From Sphagnum compactum (Eukaryota): 64,000 bases of DNA. The DNA is taken from positions 13,816,213 to 13,880,212 of the forward strand of contig OZ234493.1 of assembly GCA_965153455.1 (NCBI GenBank). The letters are read 5' to 3'. Every line of letters begins with the position of its first letter. Position 1 is the stretch's first letter. The notes beneath the pieces were generated by a model. It was given only the letters and a program-made list of their open reading frames with translations. It did no database searches and was not told the DNA's origin. Positions 36,701 to 49,838 of the stretch are shown piece after piece. The position numbers and the translations under genes were made by a program.

Positions 36701-38441
36701 AAAAAGCACAAATGAATTATTTAAAAAAAAAAAAAAAGGGTGTGGGGAGGAGATTCTCCTTTTACAATACGCTTTGGGGGGAGGCGGGGGAGTGGGGAGA
36801 GATGAAGCCGACAATGGAGTTGCTTAATAACCATATGCCTTGTTTGGAGTCGCAACTTTAGTGTGCAAGCAACTCCCGATTTTCGCTTGCGGCCCCGCCT
36901 TGGGGGAAAAAAGCCATTGGGTCGAAGACAAGGCAAGTGCGTCCCAGATATATCCCAAATGCAAGCAACGCACCACCACTACATTAAAAAGCCATCATAC
37001 AACAATTTCCAAATTCTTTTTTTTCCAAAAAAGAAAACGGCCCATACCCGATGATGTAAGAATCTATAGCCAAAAAAGAGTCGTATTATATTCTTACGGT
37101 GTCTTTTTATGGCTTTTGGAACACAAATCTCCTTATGAAAAGTGCAAACCAAAATGCATTTATTCTAATTTTAAATGAATTACTTTGAATTTTAAATGAA
37201 TTTATTTTAATTTTAAATGAAGTAATTTTAATTTTAATTTTAATGCATTGATCAGATAGAGTATTAGATAGAGTATCAATGGCATTAAAATTAAATTAAT
37301 TAGATAGAGTATCCAAATGGGTGTAATACCAATGGCCATTATTTGACGTAATCAGCTCTCCTGAGAGATTCTACCACAATTCAGCTGCTATCAATTCAGC
37401 TCTTGCACAAGAAGACATTATGGTATGTAATTAGAGTTTCAAAGCACATTGTAAAACACTGGTATGAACTATGAACCAGCACCCCCACCAGCGCCCAATG
37501 AAGGATGAAGGATGGATGGGTAAGTGGTCGGGAAACAGTTTTCTGTTGGGTTTCCATTTCCGTAGTTAACCATGGTGAATAGCTCAGTTGCTCAGTCACC
37601 TATTTGCCTACCTATCTACCTACAAATGTGACCACTTCTTAGGTAGTAGGTTACCAATGTGAAACCAGAGTTAAAAAAAAAATAGAACCTTGGTTATGTA
37701 TGATAACTGGGTATTTGAATTTTTGATAGCCACGATTATAGATCAGAACCAGGTATTTGACTCCCCTTTATAACCGTGGGTATCAACTTTGGAACACAGC
37801 CTGATGCCCAGTGGGGGGTTTGGTGCAAGTTCTAATACCTGCCCCAACTCACTCTGGTCATAACATCCGGTTCTGGGTTTTTCTGGGAATTTTCAAAAGA
37901 CCCTCAGTTCCAGATTTTTCAAATTTTCAAAAATAGATTAGTAATTCAGTGTTGTGCTGTTATTTGAATTTTACGAACAATCAACAGCAGCTCCATTTTT
38001 TTTAAAAATTATTTCCCAATAATTAATGGAACCTGCCGGTTTTGGTTCTTTGAAAAAGAATCAGAATAAAAGAACCGCCGGTTCCTGGTTATTGCAAAAA
38101 CCTTAAAAAGAACTGGCAGTTTCCACGAAAGAATTGGTAATAATAATAGTTTTTGTGGTTGTATGGCTTGAATTTATCTATATATATATTGAGAACCACG
38201 GTTACACAACTAGCAGAACAGATCTTTTAATTTTTTGAGAACCATGGTTATGAATCTTAAGAACCACCCTGATATAGCCAAAATGGCTATCATTCATAGG
38301 AAATTTTTTTTTGCCAAATTTGGGGCTGTAAACATGGCAGTGTTGACAATTGCACAGGAGGTTAGCCAGGTGACTAGTAATAACCCTACTACTTTGGTTA
38401 GCTTGGACAGTTAATATTATTGAAAGCTAACAATATGAATC

Positions 38442-39987
38442 GGGCCTTTTTCCATTAGGCCACTCTCATCTCAGATTCCACACCCCAAGAGGAGTACATT
38501 TCCACTACATTTGTCCATCTTGCAGTGCAGCTCACAGTCACATGACAGCTCTACAGGGTCAGGAATTGACTGAAAGTGTGAAGTTGTGTGAGCTCTGAGT
38601 CGACTTATCACTCGCTCTAGAAGGTGACACACATCTCTCATTCTATGAGAAGAGATTTTGTTCTTTTCCAAGTTCTTTCCTACATACGATGAAATGTTCC
38701 AAACATTTCTAACATCAATCAATTACCTGCAACTTCCAACTGAGTTGCAGTTCTCCAATGGAAAGTGCTTGTCCATGCAACAAGAAACAGGGCGGCCGTG
38801 CAATGTGGCTTTACAGTCCTCTTGAATCTATTTATCTATATATATTGTAAAGCAGTGTCGAGTCTCACACCCCTCCTCGTCCTATCAACATACAAACATT
38901 CCTACTCAATTATCTAAACCCTAAACCCTAAACCCTGCCTACCTACCTACCTAAGTTACCTACCCAACTACCTACCCACTCACTTGAGTCACCTACCCAA
39001 CCAGGCTCCCACCTACTTGCCTAGGCTACTTACCTACCTACATACTACACCTCATCTACCTATCCAACTACCTAGGTTACCAAACTCCTACCCACCTAGG
39101 TTACTTACTTACTCACCTACGAACTCACATACTTAAGCTACCAATGGAATAATCAAACATTTCAAGAGTTCATAACTATGTGACATGAATATACACATAT
39201 GGGTGGGTTAGCTATGGGAGAGGAATATAATGAAAAAGAGTGTTTTACATCCACATATCATCCATCCTGCATTGTGTGTTTGTGGGTGTTGTTGGTTGCA
39301 CTCTGGCCGAATTATTTTGTGACTGGAGTTTGCAAATTAATACAGAAACTGAAAAGTCCGATAACATTGCTTGGAATCAATAGTTTTTGAATTTTTTGAA
39401 TTTTTCATGCACTAATAATGTAAAAAGATTTAAGTCTAAGACTCAAAATGTTTGTAGTGCACAAGTGTTATATGCCAATCTTATATTATCAATGGCAATG
39501 GACTTGTCCATAAAAGAAAAGTCACTATTTTAGTTGTTCTTTATGTCCAACTTCCAAGCAAGGTTTTTTTTTTTCCCCCCCCCCAATTTTGTGATCATCC
39601 ACAATGAGATTTAGCCAAATTTGGCTATAGACCAGATATGAAAGTAGGAATTCTTTTATATTTGGGCTACCTTCTATTTTATATTAGGGTCATTTTTCCA
39701 CAAAAAATCGGACTTGCTTCGAATCACCATTGGGTTTCAAGTTCTTTTGAAAAGAACACAAAATCAGATCTTTCCAGAATTTCAAGAACCTTCCTTCGGT
39801 CTCTTTGCATTATGCTGCTAAGATTCACAATTGGACTCAAGTGCTCAGAGAGCTTTGCATCTGATCAATGCTTGACTTGTAGAGCTATGGACCAGTTGTG
39901 AGCAGAGCTGGATGGAACAAATGTAATTGAAAGCTACTCTTATTAGGGCAGAAATTTGTGGTCACAGTGGCCTAATGGAAAGAGGGC
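38442..39987. mobile_element. Putative old MULE-like/foldback element with long diverged terminal inverted repeats (~230 bp)
   Basis: GGGCCTTTTTCCATTAGGCCACT at 38442 versus AGTGGCCTAATGGAAAGAGGGC at 39966 (16-bp perfect core). The arms align further inward (tacatttgt.ccatc, gctcaca, agctctaca, tgagc..tgagtc, gattttg..ttcttttc). No clear TSD. Confidence 0.6.
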
Positions 39988-40989
39988 TCTCAGAACACAC
40001 CCGACTTTCCATCGACCTTCCGAAAACTAGCTGGAACTAGAGTTAGAGACAAGGGTCCATCAAATTAGAAAATGAGATGAAATTGGAACCAATTAAGGTT
40101 TTCTTCAAAACTAGGAACAACAAAACACCAATATAGACTTCACTCTCAACTCCTTGTTATTTCTTTAATGTACACATCCCTGTTCTAGTATTTTACATTT
40201 TTGCGGTATACAAGGAACATATGTTCGAGGTCATTTTTCTTTGAGACTTGACATAAATTGTGCGCTCAGGACAAGGAAAGACAAGAAGAAACTCAGTTTA
40301 TCACCAAAATTGATGGTTTTCAGAGTTTCATCCCTGGTGGAATGCTAATGTACTTTTTTGTCCAGGTTTTTTAAAAATCTCACCCTGTGAATGACCAAAC
40401 TGGTGCTGTGTTTTTCGTACTTTACACATAACTCTAATGTGTAAAAGAGAAGTGTATGATATATCATGAAGTGATTTCATTTGATATGTTGTTACAAAGG
40501 GCTACATAATTGAATTTGAATGAAGAAGAATTTGTAGTTACAAATCTGTGTGCAGATACAACTATGGTATAATTGTTGGTTTTGGTTAGAACCGAATGTT
40601 TAGAAAACATTTCCTTTTCAAGTCATATAAGTTATCACTAGAGTTGGCTGCTTCTTGTTGTGTAGTCTCTCTTTTTCAAATTAAAAAACTGGCGGGTAAG
40701 ATTTGGGTATATGACCTGCAACCCACAGTTCTCACAAAATCAAAGAATTGGGTCAAAGAACCTACCCTAAACCGCCAGTTCTTTGCCAGTTCTTTCATGA
40801 AAACCATGAACTCTCACTTGATGGAATTTTACCATTGATTTTAAAATATTTGAAAATTTATAAAACTATCTTGTTCCTTGCAAAATATTACTTTGTAATG
40901 AACAAAACTGCTTGATGACGAGTCACTCACGAAATACTCATACATGTAGTAGTAGTATCTTTCACAATGAAATTTGTAAATGTCCAAGG

Positions 40990-41105
40990 TTTTGAGATAG
41001 TTCATGTTTTTTGTTTGGAGCACTATTCTTTTGAGATAGTTCATGTTTCTTCTTTGGAGCACTATTTTGTTGAGATAGTTCATGTTTTTTCTTTGGAGCA
41101 CAATC
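40990..41105. repeat. 39-bp tandem repeat x3
   Basis: ttgagatagttcatgttt.t..tttggagcactatt repeated three times. Confidence 0.9.
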
Positions 41106-42091
41106 GTCACAAAATTGTCAAATGAAAAGTTGTCTAAAACCTTTATGGAGCTCATATGGCAGAAGTTGAAGTTAATTTGTTGGAAATCCACTAATTCTCA
41201 AGGGGGGCAGAAGTCCATTTTCATTTGGGTGAAGTCCTCGCACGATTCCTCCCATTCATGTTGGTGCAAGTTCAAAGTCCATTTTGGCCATAGTTCATGG
41301 TGTAAAATTTCTGAGGGAGTTCAAGTCTCAAAACTTGAAAACTAGATTTGCAATTAGTTTTGTGTTCAACAACTGCACAGCAGCAACAACAACAACAACA
41401 AGAAGCACCACCTACCTTCAAGTTGTGAAAGTCCAATTAGTCTTCAAAACAACACTAGTTTGGAAAGAAAGTGTTGCGAAAACCAAACACTATATAGGTC
41501 CACATGATGATTTAGTTCCACTTGTAATTGAGTCACATTGAGCTAGAAGCTCAATGTGAAGAAGATGGAGCTAAATTGTATCATCATCATGATAGTGTTA
41601 TTGCCATCACCCCAAGAAAACTTTGCAAGTGACGAGATTGTCTATTAGAAGTTTTCTCTCAAGAAAATGAGTCCCAAAGAGCATGACCAAAAAAAGGGAA
41701 GTTATTGAGTTTGGGATGATTGTTTGAAGCATATAATTGATGCTCAAGGAAGTCACTCTTTGTATTTATTGGGTACCTCTTGTGTTCGGATCAAAGAGAG
41801 TATTATTTTGCTACCTACTATTACAAATGGGATGAATTTCAATATCTACTATTGAATTTTTTTTCATTAATCAATATGACAAAACTTGGTTATTGATAAA
41901 TCATGTGTAAATTTATCTATAAATGAACAAAATGTTATCATATTTCCTTTCTTATTTTCATAAATATAGGATTTCAAGGTTTCTCTATGAACACAATTTA
42001 TAACCTGAATTGTACCAGAAGCTGGTCTTCGGTTATGAATCTTAAGAACCGCCTTGATACCCACTCGGTGTGTGCTCCTGTTGTTTAAATG

Positions 42092-42368
42092 ACACCCAGT
42101 GTTGGGTGGTTATCAGAAACATGAACAGACCCCCAGAGGTTATCAAGGTGGCTTCAGAACCAGTCTTTTGCCGATTCTTCCATGAGAACCGCTGGTTCTT
42201 TGAGGTTTTGGAAACAACCGGAACTGGTGGCGGTTCTTTGATTCCGATTTTCTCAAAAAAAACAATAAAAACAAGAACTGGCGGTGAATTCTCTTATTCT
42301 GAAATCTAATGAAACAAACCCAAACTAGCGGTTATTAACAAAATCAAATACCCACCCAACACCCGTGT
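42092..42368. mobile_element. MITE-like element with ~21-bp TIRs
   Basis: acacccagtgttgggtggttat ... atacccacccaacacccgtgt. Internal AACC(G/A)G..GGTTCT motifs are shared with 37700-38270, 40730-40810 and 44930-45090. Confidence 0.55.
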
Positions 42369-43557
42369 GCACCACATGCAACAGACACAACTACATTGTG
42401 GTGCTTCTCATCAACACAGATTTTGGAATTGAACAGACAAAGCACCCCAAACAACTCAGACAAAGACAAGCTCTTCAATGAAGACAAGCTGATTCTTTCT
42501 TGAAGAGATCAATCAATCAATCAATCAATCAACTGAAGGAGTCTGTGTAGATTCTGTATAGCCATAAGAGCTTTTGTGGCTATGAGCTTTGTGGTCTGCT
42601 ACAGATTAGAAAGATAAGTTGCAATTTGTGATGCACATATAGTAGTAGATAGCATGAATTTTCATGGGTGTTCAATTCTCTCTTAGTACACTACTAAGTA
42701 GTGTTCAATTGTAGAGCTTCCAACATTTCTTGACTGGAAAGGAGAACTTTTGAGGGATAGATAGACTTTTCCAAGAGTTCAAGTTTCAACGGGTGTTGGG
42801 CGGGTATTTAATTTTTTAATAACCGCCACTCAGAGTATTTCAAACATTCGGAATCGGGGCGAATGGCTGAATTGACAATTTCTCAATTTGTTGCAACCAT
42901 GACAATAATGTGGAATGATTTGCTTCAAATTGGGTTCATTGGGAGATTTCAGAAACCACTCACCAAAATGGTTTAAGAGGTGAAGAATTAGAGTATTTTA
43001 ATCAGAAATTGAAATTATCAAATAATATATTATTTTCTGTCCAAAGTAAAGCTTGTGCAAAGCTTTCAAGAAGGTGTTGAATTCACATTGAATTTAAGCA
43101 CCTCTTCAAAAATGTATACATGTCAATTCATGAATCCATGTCAATTCATGTCAAATTCATAAAAAAATAATATCTTTTCATTTGCGATAAAATACCTAAC
43201 CTTCAAATGTAAACTTTATAAAACTTATTTGAATTTTTTGAAATTCTAATTATTTTTATTGCATAGATGTTTGAAAAGTCCCTTAACAAGGAAGTTTTAA
43301 TAATTTTCTTCATTTGAGCAAAATATGAGAAGAAAAAATCATGTCAAAATTTGGAAATTTGGCAAGAAGATTTGAAGCAAATAATATGTTCAATAAACTT
43401 GTTGACCATATTGAACACGAAGTGATGATCATTTGGTTGGATGGTTAAGGCTTTGGCCTTGTCCTTATGAACTCTTGGGTTTGAACCAATGTTGTGAGGG
43501 TATTCGGTTGGAAGGGTAAAAATTGGTGGTTCAGGGTCAAGTTTTTGTTACCATCAA

Positions 43558-44634
43558 TCTTATCTTATATATTAATTCATTAAGTCTGTCAGTCTGTCTA
43601 CGACCGTCGGTCTATTTGTCAGTCAGTCTGTGATCGTCAGTTTGTCTGTGACCCCTTTAGGTTTTAGGTTTTACGTTCGGTCCGTTAGATACGTTCTCAT
43701 CATCGTCCGATCTCTGACTGTTGAGTGACTGAAAGCGAAAGTTAATATGTAAACTGTCAAGGGGACTCACAACTTCGTAATTTTTCCTTTTATCTTACGT
43801 CTGATCGGGAATTGACCGTTAGATGCTGATCACCTACAACCGAACGTTCTCATCATTTGGTGATTTTTTTTTTTTCGCTTTTTCGGTTTTCGTTACAAAA
43901 TTGAAGCCGGATATCGAACGTCGAAGCCTATAAGCGGTTTGGTGTCTTTTGGGGAGGTCCCGTAGATTTGCATCTGACAAGTTTGATGGCATCTGTTTTG
44001 ATTAATAGTATGGAGGGCATGGGATTTTAGGTGGCATTATAGGGGTGCTTGGTCTGTCAGTGTGTCTATCTGAACCTATCCATTCCGACCTGTTAACAGT
44101 CTCTACGAGACCGATTCTGCAACCCCCCAGATGACAGAAACAAGGTCCCGAAATGAGCCGCACCTGACCTAAAATGTTCCAGCGCCAGGTGCGGGTCGTG
44201 GTGGTCATGCAGGAAACTCTTTTTTTTCCCCTCCTAGAAATGTGGCGATTTAATTTTTTTTTTGAAAATTTTCCAAAATGCTCGCTCCACCATGTATGTT
44301 TTCATGGGGGACTTTTCCGTTCCCCTCTTGGAAATGTGGTGATTTTTTTTTTTTTTGAAAATTTTTCAAAATGCTTGCTTCGCCATGTATGTTTTCATGG
44401 GGGACTTTTCCGTTCCCCTCTTGGAAATGTGGCGATTTATTTTTTTTTTGAAAATTTTTCAAAATGCTTGCTTCACCATGTATGTTTTCATGGGGGACTT
44501 TTCAACGGATTTTCGTCACAAAAAATAAATAAAATAAAAATAAAAATAGCTGCTTTGCGCCTTTGTGTGTATCTCTCTTTGTTTAAAGAAACCGGGGGAC
44601 TTCACAGTGTCCAAAGGTCACGGGTACCCACTAG
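43558..44634 (+). mobile_element. Non-autonomous Helitron
   Basis: 5' A|TCTTATCTTATATATT; 3' imperfect GC hairpin CAGTGTCC-AAA-GGTCACGG about 7 nt before CTAG|T; inserted at an A^T site without a TSD. Confidence 0.75.
44227..44502. repeat. ~92-bp tandem repeat x3 inside the Helitron
   Basis: cccctc.t.gaaatgtgg.gatt(t)n gaaaattttt.caaaatgct.gct.c.ccatgtatgttttcatgggggacttttc repeated three times. Confidence 0.9.
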
Positions 44635-47600
44635 TTTGTTGGAATTGGCATAAGACTCGGTGTGTGGAAAAAATGTTTTTCTAGATTCGAAATCAAAACC
44701 ATGAAAAAATATTTTTGAAAACAGGGTAAGAATATATATATGTAGACTGAACTTTAGAATTAATTATTAAGCAAGAATTGGGGATCCAAAATGGAGCAAT
44801 CTAAAATGAAGAAGCTATGGCAGAAGGGCAAGAAAACATTGACCACTACTACCCATGCAATTACTGAGCTTCACAACAAGGGTTTATTTCTCAACTATTT
44901 CATGCTTAAAATTTCAATTCATAAAAGGTTGCCAGTTTTGGCTCTCTGGAACTGGGTTCCAAAAATCAGACCCAATTTCTGATTCAGTTTTGACGTAACC
45001 CAATCAGAACACCAGAACCGACAGTTCTAACCCCTCTCAAGCATGGTACCCACCCACCTAATACCCGTTTAATACCCGCCCAACCACTGGTTAGTAGCCA
45101 ACTCCATGCTGTGCTGGTGGCGGGTGCTGCAGGTTCACTGGGGGCAAACCCAAGGTTCACTCTTCCGGCCTTTCGTTCTTGACCTGAATTTTCCCCGGAA
45201 CCCGGCTCCCTGACTCTTTTGCTGCTCCCCAAGTGGCACTGCACAACAGAGCACGTGAGAACCACCATTGTTGTTGCGACTATCTCACATTCGGTGTGTA
45301 CTTATTTGGAAGTTGATTGGGGAAGTGGGTTGTTGTTGTTGTTAGGCAAAGGGGAAGAAGTTGGGGAAGTGGGTCGTTGTTGTTGTTAGGCGAAGGGGAA
45401 GAGACATAAGATGTCTGTGTGCATGAGAATGAATCATTGAAACCGATTAAAAACATAGTATGTATTTGTCCCCACGTGCACATCACATATTGTGATTGAG
45501 TTATTACATATCCAAACTGACTTTGCACAGTCATGAATGAACAAATGAAGCAACAAAAGATAAGACTTATCCACTCGACAGGAACACACCCTGCACGGAT
45601 ATCAGGGTGGCTCTGGGCATGCGTAACCACCCACCACGGTTCTCACTATTTGAAAGAAACAATAAAGGATTTTTAATTTCTTAATATTCCATGATACCCG
45701 AGGCTATTACAGGAATTAACTTAACTTAATTTAATTTAATTTTAAAAGCGAGTATTTTGAAAAATAAAACATTTGTGAACATTTTTTAAAAAAAAACGCT
45801 TGCCTTTTTCAGAAATGAAAAATTATATGATAAGTAAATTAATATGTGTGTGTATAGGTGAATATACATAATATGTAGGCGAGCTAGGCCCTACTATACC
45901 TACCTAGCTTAACCTACCCAACCTACCCTATCACAAGTAACCTAGCCTACTAGCAAAGCTTAAGCTTATAAACTAGTTGGCTTACTATCTCATCTAATTA
46001 GTGTACCTATATATCTCTTTAATCTAGTTAATTACCTTACTTACGTAACCTAGTTACCTACCTACCTACTTAAATTAACAACCCTTGACCTATGAATTAT
46101 CAAGCATCAACTTATCTACCTACATGGCTCTCAACGTACCCCTATACCCTTATATATACCCTCACATAATATGCCCTTAATAAATTTCAATATATATTTA
46201 AGGGTTTTAGGTTCACGTCATCATTGTTATCAATATTCGATTATTTTTGTAACTTATGTGATATATGACAAGTTAAGTGGATGAGAAATCGTTCACAATT
46301 CATCCTCTTGGAAGGATTAGTTGTTATTAGTTGCATTATAATTTATAAATATGACCTAATGCGAATTTTTTTACAAAAAAATAGTTACAAAAAAAGTCAC
46401 TAGTTGTAGTTGGAGACGATAATTAACAAGTTGCATATAGTTACAAAATGCATGGTTGCATTGTAAAAAAATTCATCTAATGATTAACTAAGAAATTTTT
46501 AGAATCCTTTTAGTGTATGGTAACACTCAAAAAGGAGGGCCTTTCCCACAATAAGGGCCCCTTGAGGTGGAGCCAACGGATGATTATTTTGAGAATGCTT
46601 TGTTCCAAGACGTTATGCATTGTAAAGCATGCTCCTAGTTAAAATATTGTATTTTCATTTTAATGTGATAATACCCAATAGCTATCCGCTAAATTCCTAT
46701 CAAATAACATAAGGAAAAAAAATGAGGCTAGCTATTTTGAAAATGAAATGCTAGCATGAATGGGCATTTAAAATGCTTTCAAAATGCTTATTGAGGAGAA
46801 ATTGCACTAAACAAAGCACCCTACAAAATACACTAGGAAATTTTGGTATAAATTAAGGTTCAACTTAAAATACAAAGTGCATAAATCTTTCTTTTGAGAA
46901 CGAGAATGGCTCTCTACCATAGTGAAATCCTTTAAGCTAAATGTTCAATCCCTTCACTTAATATGTTAACCACACAATAATATGATTTGGGATTACACTA
47001 TTAAGTGCTTAAAATGCTTTTTTTTTCCCCAACAAATAATTTACTTTTGTGAAAATCCAAAATAAATCAATAAATAACATTGGCACCCAACCCACATACA
47101 TGGGTATTCACCAATGTTGGTCCGGTGTCAATTTTTTGGTATAGCAATCCGGTCTTGGTTTATATAGGTGTCTCCAAAAAAATTTATTACAATAGGAAAT
47201 TGATACTAAGGGATCAATACAAATTTTTATACCAATGTGATGTGATGTATATGTTGTGTATTATGAATTGGTGAGATATTGGCATCAAAATAAATACCTT
47301 TGACATTAAAGGTGTTGATGATAATAAGAAAAATTTCTCAAAAAGTCTTGAGACAAATGAAGAACAACTTGTTTTTTTAATAACTATCACTTGTTACACC
47401 ATGTTTTTGTAAAATTTTGGGGTTCAAATATATGGTGCATGGGAATTATAATATGGAGAATTTCACTTTTTTCCCTCAAAATGTGCCAACTTTGGACCAT
47501 TTGTTTCCAAAAAAAATCTTTTGCAAAAAATCCTTGGACAGTTCACAACCCCTTTTTTCTTGTTGCCAAGTGGTGAAAATTCACGACAAGAAAAAAACCT

Positions 47601-49229
47601 TGCTTGGAAACACAAGTTTGTGTGTTTTTTACAATACAAAATTGTATGTAATTATGAAATTCAAAAAATGTGAAATTAATATCATTATGGTATTTTATTA
47701 TATTTTATTAAAAATGTATGTTTGAATTTATTGTCTAAGTCGAGATACTTGAAACTCGTGTATTGTCTTTGCAATTGAAGTTAAAAGCATTACAAAATCA
47801 ATGGAAAGTATACAAATAGAAAATTTTAATAATATTTAGCTATGAGATTAAAGAAATATGAATCTACATAATTAACTTTACAAGGAATTTTGTGAATGTT
47901 GGTCCTAGCAAAGAGTGGGAAAAAACTACTAAATTTAGTAAAATGAACAATACCAAGATATGCACATTTGCAACTAATCAAGAATTCAACATTCTTATAG
48001 GGATGGTTAGTAGGATCAAATAGCGTTATGATGGTATTTTTTCATTAAAATTAAAATGTCTTTCTAGTTTTTATAAGTTGTAAAATTGTTTGTTCATTCA
48101 GGTTTCCATTTTAGAACTTACTATCACATGCTATTCAATTTGCAAACATTGAAGCAACATGGAATAGCATGCTTGTGAATGAAAAAGAAAGCGGATTGTA
48201 GTACCACAAAAGTAATGGGTGCAAAGACCACCTCAAGATGTAAAGTTGAGGGAAGCTAAGCTTAATCCAGTCCAAATTGGCAACCATTTTGCAAGGAACC
48301 CGATGCTTTGAGGCTTTTCCCGTTCCCTTTCCATAGGGTACTTTGGTGCCTTTTTTAGGGTTTAGGGTTTTTTACCCTAAACCCTAAAGGTGGACTACTA
48401 CAATACCATTCTTTGAGTTAGTTGTTCTAGTACCTTCTTTTCAAAGTGGTTTCACAAGTCTTTGCTTCATTGTATGTATCCTTAGCATGATTTTGAACTT
48501 TGCTTCCATAAGTCAACAATTTTATTTAAAAAGTTGTCACGTATCTTTGGTGGGCCATTTCCACATTGTGTGTATGAATTAGGTAATATGTGATTGTAGG
48601 AAATGAAAATACTTTCAAAGGCCTTTTTAAATAAAGGGTGGGATCAAAAGAGGCCTAAAATTTCCCCAACCCATAGGGTCCCCCCAACTAGCTCAAAATG
48701 TGCCGTAAGTGACCCTTCCTAGTATGTAATTTCTCCGCACTTTTGGGGGAGAGAGACAACATGCACCTCCCCAAGGCTAAGGTTCTCCTTTATCAACCTA
48801 ATCCGAGCAAAATTGGCTTAGTGTCAAAATTATGCTTAGTTGCATGACTGGGGAAGGGGGGGGGCATGTTGCACTTGACCTCCCCACCATTATGTTATTG
48901 GTTCCCTTGAATCTAATAAAGGGAAATAGTAGTTATTAGTATTTTGTTTTAAAAATATGATCCTAAGAAGAAAAAAATCCCACAAAAAAGGCAAATTTGA
49001 ATGAAACAAAACAAAACTTGTTATGAACCTAGTGTTATTTTATAGCTCACACTCCATTTGCACACCTTTACTCATTGCATTTGATTTCCACTCAAGTCAA
49101 GTACAAAGTGGAAGGGCATTTCTTCCTTCCTTTATAAGAAGAAGATATGCATACATTGCTTTTTGATCTCACCATGAAGCACTCTCAGAAATTTCCTAGT
49201 CTTATTTACAGGGCAACCTTCTTATATAT

Positions 49230-49838
49230 ATGAATATATCCCTTTTAGAAACTTTTAGAAAAGGGGAGGGTTCTTACGCCTACTCCTCTAGAGCTACATA
49301 GGCGGGATCTTACACCTAGTTGTAAGACACCTCCCCAATCTTGAAGGGAGGATATTAAAAAGGCAATGGGTCCCATTGAGGGCACCTTATATGTATGGAT
49401 ATCCCTTTTAGAAAAGGGGAGGGTTATTACACCTACTCCTCAAGGGTGGGAGGGATCTTATGCCTACTTTTAAGATACCTCTCCAATCTTGAAGGGAGGA
49501 TGTTAAATCGCCAATGGGTCCTTATTCAGAGCACCTTATATCTATGAATATATATATCCCTTTTAGAAAAGGGGAGGGTTCTGGTGCCTACTCCTCAAGA
49601 GCTGCGGGAGGGATCTTATGCCTATATGTAAGATACCTCCCCAGTCTTGAAAGGAGGATGTTAAATCGCCAATGGGCCCTTATTGAGGGCACCTAATATG
49701 CACGAATATCCCTTTTAGAAAAAGGGAGGGTTCTTACGCCTACTCCTCAAGAGCTGTGGGAGGGACCTTATGCCTACTTTTAAGATACCTCCAGGTCTTG
49801 AAGGGAGGATGTTTTATTGCCATTGGGTCCTTATTGCA
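49230..49838. repeat. ~150-165-bp tandem repeat x4
   Basis: atatccc.tttagaaaaggggagggtt....gcctactcctcaag...gggatcttatgccta...aagatacctcc...tcttgaagggaggat...aatgggtcc...gcacct, starting at ~49235, 49400, 49554 and 49706. Confidence 0.92.

Noticed and set aside
44174-44653. 159-aa ORF with a threefold repeat
   Set aside because: Translation of the non-coding tandem repeat inside the Helitron.
45645-46514. Second CACTA element (CACTA at ~45645, TAGTG at ~46514)
   Set aside because: The ends do not match beyond the 5-bp motif and there is no TSD; at most a one-ended remnant.
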